This document shows positions 1 to 11,320 of a stretch of 31,038 bases of DNA, piece after piece. The DNA comes from Scenedesmus sp. PABB004 (lineage: Eukaryota), in NCBI GenBank assembly GCA_014905635.1, contig JABVCE010000002.1, positions 2,728,001 through 2,759,038 of the forward strand, written 5' to 3'. Positions within the stretch are counted from its first letter, which is position 1. Every line of letters begins with the position of its first letter. The position numbers and the translations under genes are program-made. Under the pieces are notes generated by a model, which made no database searches, had not been told where the DNA came from, and saw only the letters and a list, made by a program, of their open reading frames with translations.

Positions 1-745
1 CTCGAGTGGACGCCCAGGCGCGCGCGGCGCGGCGCGGCGCGGCCGCCCTGCGCGCGCGCGCGCGGCTGCCCTGCGCGCGCGCGCGCGCGCGCCGTACCGC
101 ACCGCCCCGCCCCGCCCCGCGCCGCCGCCCCGCGCTGACGCGCCCTGCTCCCTGCGCCGGCCGCGCCTGCGCCGCGCAGCGCGTCGGAGGCGGTGCGCGT
201 GGCGATCTACCTGAACGACAAGTACCAGCTCGACGGCCGCGACCCCAACGGCTACGTGGGCGTGATGTGGAGCGTCGCGGGCATCCACGACCAGGGCTGG
301 GGCGAGCGCCCCGTGTTTGGCAAGATCCGCTACATGAACTACGCCGGCTGCAAGCGCAAGTTTGACATCCCAAAGTACGTCGCCTACACGCAGAGAGAGG
401 TGACGTGCGAGAGCGCGCGCGCGCGCGCGCGGCGCACACGCGCGAGAGCGCGGCGCGGCGCGCACGCGCGGCGCGGCGGCGCGGGAGCCCCCGCGTGGCG
501 CGGGCCCAGGGCTCAGCCGACGCGCTGCGCCGCGCTGCGCCGCGCCGCGCCGCGCCGCGCAGGAGGCGGCGGCCAAGCGCGGCCAGGCGGGCAGCAGCGC
601 CGCGGCGGCGGGCGGACCGCCGGCGGTCGCGCCCGTGTTTGCGGCGGCGGCGGCGGCGGCCGCCGCGGCGGGCAAGCGGGGCGGCAAGGCGGCGGCGGAG
701 GAGGGCAAGGCGAAGAAGAAGGCCGGCGCGCCCAAGAAGGCGTGA
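1..745 (+). CDS. Class II CPD DNA photolyase, 3' part (gene begins upstream of the window). Exons 1-17, 180-399, 563-745
   Basis: Spliced translation [68 protein letters not shown] is the class II photolyase FAD-binding C-terminus. It is followed by an Ala/Lys-rich tail ending TGA at 743-745. First intron is GC-AG (18-179) with a CTGAC branch point at 135. Confidence 0.93.
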
Positions 746-1229
746 GCGGGCGGCGCAGCCCGCGCGTGTGCAGGCGCGGGGGCCCTTGCCGGCCGGCACT
801 GCATCGCTTTGAGTGCGGGCTGAGCTCGGCTTGACCAAGAGTTGCAACGCGGCCTCGCTGCGAGCGCACGCACACCGATTGTCCCCCGCACCAGCACCCG
901 TTGCCAGCCCGGCCAACCATGTCAGTGCAGAGGGGAGCCGTTGTGAATCTGGCTCTAGAGCCACCCCCGGTTGCCCCCCAGTGCGCCCCCTCGCCCAGCA
1001 AGAGTCCTGCGGCTGGCCGTGTGGCCCGGGCGCCGCCGCGTCGTCAGGCGTAGAAGCTGACCGTGTAGAACAGCCGGTGCACGCTGATGACGTGGCGGTT
1101 CGACCTGCGGGGCGCGGCGGGGGCGCGGCACTCAGCGCGGCGCTCAGCGCGTGGGCGCGCGCCGCGGACGGCGTGCCCGCCAGCCCCCCCCCCCCCCCCC
1201 CCCCTGCGCAGCCCGCCTCGGCCAGCCAC

Positions 1230-1745
1230 TCACATGCCGGTGAAGAAGAGCTGCGCGCGCTCGCCGGGGTAGACGACCGCGCCGGGCGGGAAGTCGTACG
1301 GCGACGTGGGGTCGGGCTGGCAGGGCAGCGCGATGCTGGACGTGCCGCCGCGCGCGTTTGCGACGTTGAGCGTGAGCACCTCGGTGCAGTCCTCGACCTC
1401 GGCGACGACGTCAAACTGCACGCCCGTGAGCTGCATCACGCCCGAGAAGCCGGTGGGCATGATGTCGACCCCCGGGCCCACGACCGGCGCGTCGGCAGCG
1501 ACGGCGTAGGTGAAGCACTGCATGAACACCAGCCCCGTCGCCTCGATCGCCAGGCTCGTGGGGACGGTGCAGGGCGCGGTTGAGGGGTACATGTTGAACG
1601 ACAGCGACGTCCCGCGCTCGCACGTGCCCTTCCCCGCCGGCAGCACGGTGAACACGGGCACGCCCCCGCCGCCCCGGCCGTCGCCCCAGACGACGAGGGG
1701 CCCGCTGGAGGTGACCGACAGGTGGTCGCTGCACTGCTGCCACGT

Positions 1746-1779
<34 letters not shown>

Positions 1780-2801
1780 CGCGCCGGCGGCGGCGGCGGC
1801 GCGCACGCGCACGGCGGGCACTTCTTGGGGCCCGGCGGCGGCGGCGCCGCGCGGCTCGGCGGCGCCGCCGGGGGCACTTGGGAGGCGGCGGGCACGCCGG
1901 CGGCGACGAGGGAGCTGGCGGGAGCTGGTTTGGCTCCGTGCAGCCGAGGTCCCTGCTCGCCGCGCAGATGTGTGCGTCCACGATGGCCTGCGCCGCGCGC
2001 GTGGCGCTCCGGAACGAGGAGCACGCGCCGCTCCAGAGCGCGCACGGGCTGAGCCGCGCGATGGCCAGCTCCAGCCAGTCCGCCGCCTCGGTCGTGCCCC
2101 TGTAGCGGATGGTCGCCCGGTAGGTCGCGCCCTGTGGTGCCAGCGGGCGCGGGCGCGGCGCGCGAGCGGGCGCGGCGCGCGTGTGACGCGGGCGCACCGC
2201 CGGGGCCGCCGCACGCCGCGCGGGGCCGCGGCCTGCCCCGTGCCCGGCGCTGCAGGGCAGCGCGGCGCGCGCGCACCTCCCCGGGCGCGGCGCGGCCGGC
2301 CTCGCACGCGACCGCGACCGTCACGCTGTCGCGCTTGACGCCCGGCAGCGTGAGCACGCTGGCCTTGATGCTGACGCCCAGGGTGCGCCGCCCCGGCGCG
2401 CTGCAGTCGGCGCCGTCAGAGCGCAGGTTGTCGACGACGACGCGCCGGCTGGCCACCTCCCGCCCCGCCGGCGGGGGCGACGGCGGCGGCGGCGGCGGCG
2501 GCGGCGACCGCGGCCAGCCACCCGCGGGCGGCGGGCTGACGTGCCGGGGGTACGGCCAGTAGCCGCCACCGTGGTCGCCGCGGCCGCCCCAGTGCGCGGG
2601 CTCGGCCGCCTGCGCCGCGCCGCCGGGCGCCGCCGGCTCCGGAGTCGGCTCGCCGCCCGGCTCGTCCGCCTGCTGCGCCGCCAAGGTGCTCATTACGCCC
2701 TGCACGCCGCCCGGCTGGGCCCCGGCGGCGCGCGCCAGCAGCAGCTGGAGCAGCACCGCCGCGGCGCCGCGCCAGGGCCGCGAGCGAGCTCGCCGCGGCA
2801 T
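1230..2801 (-). CDS. Putative secreted Pro-rich (cell-wall/HRGP-like) protein with a Cys-containing C-terminal domain. One intron near 2277-2133; apparent 1-nt frameshift near 1870
   Basis: N-terminal signal-like stretch AAAVLLQLLLARAAGA, SPPPP and poly-Pro runs, phase-0 GT-AG intron (APGE|GATYR), non-repetitive beta-rich C-terminal domain with coding-like codon usage. Confidence 0.7.
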
Positions 2802-3149
2802 CCCGAGCTGCTGTCAGGCAACGGGCGTCCCAGCCCGGGCTGCGCGCGGCTCGTGCGTGCGCGCGTGGGACAGCCGGTGAGAGCGAGCCAGGGACGGCCG
2901 AGCCCCAGCTAGCTGCGCGCTGGGCGCACGTGACGCGCGGCGCGTCGAACTATTCAGTTGTGCTGCCCTGGAGCGAATGAGTGGGCGCGGCTGGCCGCGA
3001 CGAGACGGGCTCGCGCGCTCTGTGGCGGGGCGGGCCATCTTCACAGTGGAGCTCGCGAGCCCTGCCCTAGCCCTGCCCCTGCACTCGCCCGCCGCTTGAC
3101 CAGTGTAAGCCCAGGAATGAATGCCGTGCAGCTCAGGGCGTCCAGCGGG

Positions 3150-3709
3150 GAGGCGCTCCGGCGCGCAGGCGGGGTTGGGCTTGACGCAGCGCACGTAGTG
3201 CGGCTCGAGGCGCGACAGCAGCACCATGAGCTCGCCCAGCTGGCGCTTGAACTGGCTGCACACCGACACAAACTGGAACGCCCGCGCCGCGCCGCCCGCG
3301 CTGCCGCGCCCGCGCGCGCCCGCGTCGGCCGGCGCGGCGGCGGCGGCGCCGGCGCTGGGGTCGGCGAAGAGGTCGCCCAGCAGCGGCAGCGCCGCGCCCG
3401 CGAGCAGGCTCGCGTGCTCCGCGACGACGTAGTCCCTGTGCCCCGGCCGGAGACGGCGGCCGGGCCCGGGTAAGGCGCGGGTGAGGCGCGGCGCTCGGCG
3501 CCGCGCGAGCCGCGGCGCGCGCCTGGGGGCGAGGCCCCCCTCGCGGCGCGCCCCGCGCTCGCCTGTTTTTGTCGAGGAAGTTGGACAGGCGGTAGGCGAC
3601 CGGCCCGGCATAGTGCGACAGGGTGAAGCTGTCGGGCGCGCGCTTGGTCCGGCTGAACCGCGGCGACGCGGCGGCCGCGGGCGCGGCAAAGAGCTTGTCC
3701 GCGAGGTCC
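3150..3709 (-). pseudogene. Near-identical 560-bp direct duplicate of myosin gene segment 5957-6516 (one exon, a GC-AG intron and part of the next exon)
   Basis: Constant offset of 2807 bp. Only three differences seen by eye (3157, 3472, 3610). The intron is retained. Confidence 0.92.
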
Positions 3710-4234
3710 GCGCGTGCCTGGTGTGCGTGCACACCATCAGGTGCGACTGGCGGCGTCGCTGGCTCGGGAGGACGCCGCCGCGGACGAGGCGCCGCCCCGT
3801 GCCGTGCCAGCTCGACGGAGAAATGATGCCCGTTGGGTTGGCGGAGCTGCTGAGCGAGCGAGCGTTAGTGTCGCGCGGCTGTGCGCGCGACCGGGCGGGG
3901 CAACTGGTGACGCTGCGCTCAGCAGCCCCAAGCTCTCCGGCGCGGCGGCAGGCACCGCCACTCGGCGGCCCTCACCCGGCATGATGCGCCCCACCCTCGG
4001 CCCCGTTCTGGTGATGTCACGTTGCAGCGCGACGGCAGCGCTGCCGCGACGGCCCACCAATGCCTGCTCTGTCCGCGTTGCAGCGGCGCACGCACACGCG
4101 CCCCACGCGCCAGCCCCGGGGCCTGTTCATCCCTCCTCAGAGGCACCCCCCTGGATTTGCAAAACACAGGCCCACACTGTGCGGTGCTGTCGCTGCTATA
4201 CAAAAGGGCGCGGCGGCAGGCGGCGCTCCAGCGC

Positions 4235-7200
4235 CTACTCGCCGCCGCCGAGGCGCTCCCGGAAGCTGGTCACGAGCTGGGCCACGCGCGGCCGCGACTC
4301 CGCGGCCTCCGCGCCCGCAAGGCTGCCGAGCCGCACGAACAGCCGCTCCTGCGGCGCCAGCAGGCACGAGGCGTCCGCCTTCACCACCTGTGCCGCATCG
4401 GCGCCGCAGCCGCCCGCGCTCGCGCTGCGCCCGAGGCCGGCGCCGGCGCGCACGACGCCGCACAGCGGCCGCGCGCCGCCGGCGCTCGGGCTGCGCGGCC
4501 GGCCTGCCAGGCCCGCGTACTCGACGCCGTAGCCGGCGGCGGGCGGCGGCTCAAACAGGCCCGACCGCCGGCCGCGGCGCTCGCCGGCGCGCCCGCCGCC
4601 GGTGAGCGGGTCCCGGTCGCCATTGATGCCCGCGTAGGCCAGGCCGTACGCGGCGGGCGGCGGCGGCGCCAGCGGGCGCAGCCGGGCCGGCCGCGCGGCG
4701 CCGCCGTCGGGGCTCGCGCGCCCCGCCGCGGCGCCGAGGCCCGCAAACGCCACGCCGTAGGCGGCGCGCGGCGCGCCGGGCGGCGCGGCGCCGCCGGCGG
4801 GGCGGCCGCCTCCGCCGCACGTCGGCGAGGCGCCCCCGCCGTCGCTGGCGCCGCGGCTGGCGCTGCGGCTGAGCTGCGGCGCCGCCGCGCCGTCCTGCGG
4901 CGCCGTGAAGAGCGCCATCTGCGCCCTGAACCGCTCCCGCCGGCCCGCGGTGGCCAGCCGGTCCAGCGCGCGGCGCGCGGCGCGGCAGCGCCACGCGCCC
5001 TGCACGACGCGTGCGGCGCGCGCGGCCGCCAGGCAGTCGCGCACCGCGGCCTGCAGCCGGCGCACGCGGCTGTTGTGCTGGTCGCGCTGCCGCCACACGC
5101 CCTGGATCACGCGCGCCGCGGCCTCGGCGGCCGCGTCGCAGCGGAAGCCGCCGCCGCGCGCGCGCACGTGCGCGCGCCACGCCGCCTGGATCCGGGCCGC
5201 CGCGCGGTGCTGGGCGAGCTGCACGCCAAACACACGCCGCGCCGCCGCGCCGCGCCAGGCCGCCTGCAGCGCCGCCACCGCCGCGACGTCGGCGCGGTGC
5301 GCGGTGCGCGCGCGCGCGCCGCGCCACGCGGCCTGCACCGCGGTGGCCGCGCGCGTGCGGCGAGCGTGCAGCGCCGCGCGGAACGCCCGCCGCGCCGCGA
5401 CGCCGCGCGCGGCCGCCTGCAGCGCCGTCGCGGCGGCGCGGAGCTGCTGGTACGCGACCCGCGCCGCGCGGCGGCGCCAGAGCGCCTGCAGCCGCGTCGC
5501 CGCGCGCTCGCGGCGCGCCGCCGCCGCGCGGCGGCGCCCGAACATGCCGCGCGTGCCCGCCTGCAGGCGCAGCACCGCCGCGCGCGTGGCCGCGTAGCGC
5601 CGCCGCGCGGCGTGGCCGCGCCAGCCCGCCTGGATGCGCGCCGCGGCGGCGGCGAGGACCTCCGCGTGGCGCTGCACGAGCAGCGCCGCGTGGTGGGCCT
5701 TGAGGAAGGCCTGCGTGCTGCCGAGCTGGTAGTCGGCGCCCTCCGCCAGGCCCAGCCCCTCCAGCAGCTCCCCGCACGCCGCCGCGGCGGCGCGCGCGTC
5801 GCCCGACGCCGCGGCGGCGCGGCAGGGCGGGTGCAGCTGCCAGAACTCGTCCAGCAGGTCCGCAAAGGGCCGCCGCACGGGGTAGCCCGCGACGGCGATG
5901 CGCACGGCCTCCATGACGCCGCCGCACTTGAGCTGGTGCAGCGCAAACGCGTCGTCGAGGCGCCCCGGCGCGCAGGCGGGGTTGGGCTTGACGCAGCGCA
6001 CGTAGTGCGGCTCGAGGCGCGACAGCAGCACCATGAGCTCGCCCAGCTGGCGCTTGAACTGGCTGCACACCGACACAAACTGGAACGCCCGCGCCGCGCC
6101 GCCCGCGCTGCCGCGCCCGCGCGCGCCCGCGTCGGCCGGCGCGGCGGCGGCGGCGCCGGCGCTGGGGTCGGCGAAGAGGTCGCCCAGCAGCGGCAGCGCC
6201 GCGCCCGCGAGCAGGCTCGCGTGCTCCGCGACGACGTAGTCCCTGTGCCCCGGCCGGAGACGGCGGCCGGGCCCGGGTGAGGCGCGGGTGAGGCGCGGCG
6301 CTCGGCGCCGCGCGAGCCGCGGCGCGCGCCTGGGGGCGAGGCCCCCCTCGCGGCGCGCCCCGCGCTCGCCTGTTTTTGTCGAGGAAGTTGGACAGGCGGT
6401 AGGCGACCGGCCCGGCGTAGTGCGACAGGGTGAAGCTGTCGGGCGCGCGCTTGGTCCGGCTGAACCGCGGCGACGCGGCGGCCGCGGGCGCGGCAAAGAG
6501 CTTGTCCGCGAGGTCCTGCGCCGCGGGCGGGCGGCGGGCGCCGCGGCGCCGGCGTCGGCGGGGCCGCAGCGGCCGCGCGTGACGCTGCGCCTGTGTGCGG
6601 CGGCGCGGCGCGGCGCCCCTGCGGGTGCGCACCCTGTGCGTGGCGCTGGGGAAGCGGCAGGTCTCGTCGAGGAGGTCGATCAGCCCGAGGCGGCCCTCGA
6701 TGAGGTCCAGCACGTCCTGGTTGTCGGCCCAGCTGATGCGCGCCCAGTCGATGCCCTCGGCCTCATACTCAGCCTGCGCGCGCCGGCGGCGGCAGCGGCA
6801 GCGGTCGCGTGCGGGCGCGCGCGGGGCGCGCGCGGGGCGCGCCGACGATGCCCGTGCGCGCGGCGCACCTGCTCCCACTTGAACACGGACGCGTTGAAGT
6901 GCTGCTGCAGCTTCTCGTTGGCGAGGTTGATGCAGAACTGCTCGAGGTCGTTGGCCTCGAAGCTCTCAAAGCCGTAGATGTCCAGCAGGCCGATCGTGCC
7001 CTCCGGCGCGCCGTCCTGCCCGATCGAGGCGTTGACCGCGGCGACGAGCCAGTCAAAGAGCCGCGCGTACAGCGCCTTGCACGCCGCGTCGCGCGAAGCC
7101 GCCGCGGACGCCGCGTCGAGCGGGCTGGTGATGGGCCCGTCGGGCGTGGCGCGCGTGCGCGTGCCCAGCGCGCGCGCCAGGTCGCCCGCGCCCACGCCCA

Positions 7201-8949
7201 GCAGCTCCGCCGCCGCGGCGAGCGCCGCCGCGGACGCGCCGTCGGGCGCGAGCGGGCAGCCGCCCGAGGCCGCGGCCGCGGCGGCGGCCGCCTCGGCCGA
7301 GCCGGGCGCCGGCTGCGCGGCGCTGGCGGCGGGCGCGGGCGCGGGCCCGTCCGTCCAGGCGACATTGCTGAGGTGCAGCAGCGCGGCGAGCACGCGGAAC
7401 ACGCCCTCCTGCTGCGCCGCGGTGATGCCGAACGAGGCCATCGCGAGGCGCGTGTGCCGGAACGCCTCCGCGTCGTCCACGCCCGGCAGGGAGAACACGC
7501 CGCTGCGGGCGAGGCAGGCAAAGCTGTGCGCGTCGCCCAGCCGCCAGCGCGCGGCCTCCTCCGGCGACGCGCCGGCGCACAGCTGCGGCGGCGGGCGCGG
7601 CCGGCGGTGAGGGCGGCGGCCGCTGCCGCCGCTGCCGCTGCTTCCGCCGCTGCTGCCGCTGCCGTCGCGGCCCCTGCCGCCCCTGCCGCCGCCCCTGCCG
7701 CCCCTGCCGCCCCCCCCCCCCCCACACACACACACAACCAAACACGCCCCGCCCCCCCCCCCCACCTGGTAGAGCACGTGGTAGTTGCGCTCCCCCGGCG
7801 CGGGCGCGACGAGGCGGCTGCGCTCGAGCAGGTAGGTGCGGATGCTCGCGCCGCTGATGCCGCCGGCAGCGTTGAAGCTGATCTCCACGTACTTGCCGAA
7901 GCGGCTGCTGTTGTCGTTGCGCACCGTCTTGGCGTTGCCAAACGCCTCCAGCAGCGGGTTGCTCTCCAGGACCTTGGCCTCCACGCGCCCCCGCCCCGCC
8001 CCGCGCGCCGCGTCCTCCTCCCACGACTCGGCCTCGTACCCGCCCATGAACGCGAGCGCCCGCATCAGCAGCTTGGCCGTCTCCGTCTTGCCCGCGCCAG
8101 ACTCGCCCGTCACCTGCGCCGCGCGCGGCGCAGGTGGCGTCGCGCGGCGTCGGCACGCGGCCGCAGTCGCCGCGCCCGCCGCGCCGCCACCGCCCGCCCG
8201 CGCCGCACCAGGATGGCCTGGCCGCGGCGCTCGCGCCGCATCTTGGCGTACGCCGCGCTCGCGATCGCAAACACGTGCGGCGGGCGCGGGTCGGCGCGCG
8301 GGGCCGCGGCGGCTGCCGCGTACGCGGCGAGCGTGGCCTGGTCGTAGAGGCCCGGCAGGGGCTTGAACGGGTTGACCGCGATGAGGATGGCGCCGGTGTA
8401 GGTGTAGATGTCATCAGCGGCGTAGCGCACCTGTCGCGTGGGGCGGGGGCGCGAGCGAGGCGTGAGAGCGGCGGGGCGCGCGGGCCGCCTCCGGCCACGC
8501 CGCCTGCCGCGCGCGCGCCCCACGGCGCCGCACCTTCAGGTTCCACAGAACGCCCGGCTCGTGCAGGAACGTGAGCTTGGTCATGTCCTGCGAGCGCCGC
8601 GGGGCCGCCCGCGTGGGGCGGCGCGGCAGCTGCGGCAACCGCCGCCGCGCGGCAGCAGCGCCCCTCGCCGCTGGCCGCGGCCGCCTGCAGCGCCGCGGCG
8701 TGGCCTGGGTGACCGCCCCGATCCACCCACATCCACGGGCGTCGCCTTGGCGTGCACCAGCGGCGCGTCCTCCGGCTCGAGCACCAGCGCCTGCTGCTGC
8801 TGCTCGCCGTCCACCGCCACGCCCACGCGGCCGTCGGGGGCGACGCTCGTGACCCGCCCCCGCGCCCAGGCACCATCGCGAGGCACCCAGACCTCGCAGC
8901 CCACGGCATGGGCGCTCCCATCGGGGCGTTCGGCGCGCACGGCCGGCAT
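4235..8949 (-). CDS. Myosin with class XI-like motor, about 10 IQ motifs and a short low-complexity tail (~1283 aa). Exons 8949-8731, 8587-8534, 8430-8209, 8113-7766, 7582-6869, 6773-6633, 6515-6370, 6242-4235
   Basis: N-terminal SH3-like region; DMTKLTFLHEPGVLWNL; P-loop GESGAGKT; switch I NDNSSRFGK; switch II DIYGFE; relay EQFCINLANEKLQQHFN; PHYVRCVKPN; QLKCGGVMEAVRI; repeated IQxxWRG motifs. Exon lengths sum to a multiple of 3. Confidence 0.95.
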
Positions 8950-9344
8950 TGCTCCGCTGCGACTGCTGCCGTGGGCTCAGCTCATCATCACAAGGCCCCT
9001 CAAAGCCCTCCTGCGCCCCGGCGAGCGGCGAATTGCGAGAGTGCCGCAACTGCTGCCGGGGCAGCTGCCGGGAGCGACGCCCTTGCGTTGGGCGTGTGCG
9101 GGACGCCTGGTTGCGTGGGGAGCAGCTGTGGGAGCGCGCCGGCGCTGCGACTGCGCGAGTGGGCGGCGCCGGTGGCGGCGCAGAAGCACGAACGACGTGG
9201 TAGCGTGAGCGAGCGGGGCGGCGTCGCAAGCGGCCGCCTGCAATCCGCCTGTCACCCGGGCCCACCGCGCAACGACAGCGGCCGCCGCCCGCGCGCCCGC
9301 CGCCCTACACCCCGGACGGCCGACGTGCGTGGGCGATGCCGCGC

Positions 9345-10877
9345 TCAACGGTCGGTCTTGGCGCGCTCGACGATCAGGCTGTAGCCGTTGACCGAAGTCC
9401 GGTCCAGCCGCCGGATGCACTGCGGCGGCGCGGGGTGGCGCGGCGGGCGGCGGCGTCGCCGCGCGCCCGGGCACGCCCGGCCGCGCGGGCGCAGCCGCAG
9501 TGCGTCAGCCGCACCTCCTCCACGTCCTCCTCGCGCGCCATGGCGACAAAGGCAAAGCCCTTGCACCGCCCGCTGTAGCGGTCGCGGCTGAGGCGCACGT
9601 CCTCGACCTTGCCGTGCCGCCCAAACATGGCCTCGAGGTCCCTCTCGTGCGCCCGCGCGCCCAGCCCGGCCACAAACATCGTCTTCTCCTTGGGCGGCGC
9701 CGCCGCTCGTGCGCCCCTGCTGCGGCTCCTGCTGCGGCTCCTGCTGCGGCGGCTGCCGCGCTCGCGCTCGCGCTCCCGCTCGCGCCGGTCCCTGGGCGTG
9801 ACCGCGGCCGGCGCACGTTGCTGCCGCTGGGCGGCGCAACGCCAGCCGGCGGCGCGGCGTGCGCCGCCGCAGCACCCCCGCGCGCCAACCCACCTGCTGC
9901 GCGACCGCGAGCGGCGGCTGCGCACGTCGCCCTCCACGCTGCGCGCATGCTCCCGCCCGCGCGGTGAGCGGCCTCTGCGGCGGCGACGCGCGGGGCTGTG
10001 AGCAGGCGACAGCGGCGGCGCTGGCTCGGTGGCTGCCGGCAGCGCTGCCACTCGCGCCGCTGCCCACCTGGCTGGGCTGCGGCGCGGGGCCTCGCGCCGG
10101 CTCCTGCTGCGGCTCCTGCTGCGGCGGCTGGCGCGGTCGCGGTCCCGCTCGCGGTCCCGCTCGCGCTCGCGCTCGCGCTCGCGCTCGCGCTCGCGCTCGC
10201 GCTCCCGCTCCCGCTCGCGGTCGCGCTGCCGCTCCCGTTCGCGGTCCCGCTCGCGCTCGCGCTCGCGCTCGCGCTCGCGCTGCCGCTGCCGGTCGCGGCT
10301 GCGCTCGCGCTCGCGCCGGTCCCTGCGTGCACGTGGTGGCGGGCGACGTGAGTGCCGCGGCTGCGACCCGCGGCGGACGTCGCTCTGCCGCCGCGCCAGC
10401 CCACCTGCTGCGTGACCGCGAGCAGCGGCTGCGCGCGCCGCCCGGGCTGCGCGCACGCTCTCCCGCGCGTGGCGAGCGCCGCCTGTCAGGGCTGCGGCGA
10501 GGCGACCCGCGCCGGTCGCCGCTGCGGCCGCGGTCCTGCTGCTGCTCCTCCTTCGCCGGCTGTGCGCCGTTCACGGCCGGCCCCTGCTCACTGCCCAGCT
10601 CCTCCTCGTCGGCGGGCTCGCTCTCGTACTGGTCGCTGGAGGCGGGGTCCTGCGCACGGGGCGGGGCGGGCCGGCAACAGCGCTCGCGCGGCGGGCTGCG
10701 GCGTCGCGCGGCGCACGGCGGCCCGCACGCAGCGGCGACCCGACCCCGGGCGTCACGGCAACCACGCACCTCGCCCAGGTTGAGGCGCTCCTCGTCCAGG
10801 TCGTCGGCAGCGCCGCCGGCGCTCTGCGCGCTGCCGCTGTGCGCGGCGCCCTTGGAGCTGCCCTGCGAGTTCGACAT
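9345..10877 (-). CDS. SR45a/Tra2-like RS/RE-rich splicing factor with a C-terminal RRM (~353 aa). Exons 10877-10770, 10649-10405, 10322-10068, 9995-9894, 9791-9515, 9419-9345
   Basis: RNP2 MFVAGL and RNP1 KGFAFVAM within KTMFVAGLGARAHERDLEAMFGRHGKVEDV...ECIRRLDRTSVNGYSLIVERAK. RSRS and (RE)n tracts upstream. GT-AG phases are consistent. Confidence 0.85.
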   Translation of the reverse strand: MSNSQGSSKGAAHSGSAQSAGGAADDLDEERLNLGEVRGCRDARGRVAAACGPPCAARRRSPPRERCCRPAPPRAQDPASSDQYESEPADEEELGSEQGPAVNGAQPAKEEQQQDRGRSGDRRGSPRRSPDRRRSPRAGERARSPGGARSRCSRSRSRWAGAAAERRPPRVAAAALTSPATTCTQGPARARAQPRPAAAARARARARARAGPRTGAAARPRAGAGARARARARARARARAGPRAGPRPRQPPQQEPQQEPARGPAPQPSQVGSGASGSAAGSHRASAAAVACSQPRASPPQRPLTARAGACAQRGGRRAQPPLAVAQQVGWRAGVLRRRTPRRRLALRRPAAATCAGRGHAQGPARAGARARARQPPQQEPQQEPQQGRTSGGAAQGEDDVCGRAGRAGAREGPRGHVWAARQGRGRAPQPRPLQRAVQGLCLCRHGARGGRGGGAADALRLRPRGRACPGARRRRRPPRHPAPPQCIRRLDRTSVNGYSLIVERAKTDR

Positions 10878-11320
10878 CCCTGGCCCCCGATCGCACCCGC
10901 CGCGAGCCCACGCCGCGGCCGCGGGGCCCCAGGGGCCGCGTTCAGCCGCGTGGCGAGCGCGCCGCGCTGTTGAGCTCGTCGCGCGGCCGGCGCCAGCAGG
11001 GCCAGCAGGCGGTCCCCGGCAGGGCCCGATCTGCGCAGCGAAGAGCCAGGAGACGGGCCCAGGCCCGCAGCAGGTCAGAACAACAACAACGAGAACGACG
11101 ACGACGGCGACAGCGGCGGCGCACCAACCGCCGCGACGCTTCCCGCGACGCCGCCGCTGCTGCACACAGGTCGTCCGCCCTCCCCCGCGGCAGCGTGCCC
11201 CAGCCGCCTCGAGAGCTCGACGCCCGACCTTGCCGCACGCGCCCGCGCCCGCCGCTGCTGCTGCACGCGCGGCGCCCGCGCTCGGCGCCGCAGCTGCGCA
11301 CAGCCCGCGCGCCGGCGGCC

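Noticed and set aside
1040..1100. CTGATGA/CTGACGA hammerhead-like cores
   Set aside because: No matching GAAA core or three-stem pairing nearby.
7583..7765. (CTGCCG)n, poly-C and (CA)n runs read as a Gly/Ser-rich insert in the myosin head
   Set aside because: They lie inside a GT-AG intron between NYHVLYQ and LCAGA. Ordinary simple repeats.
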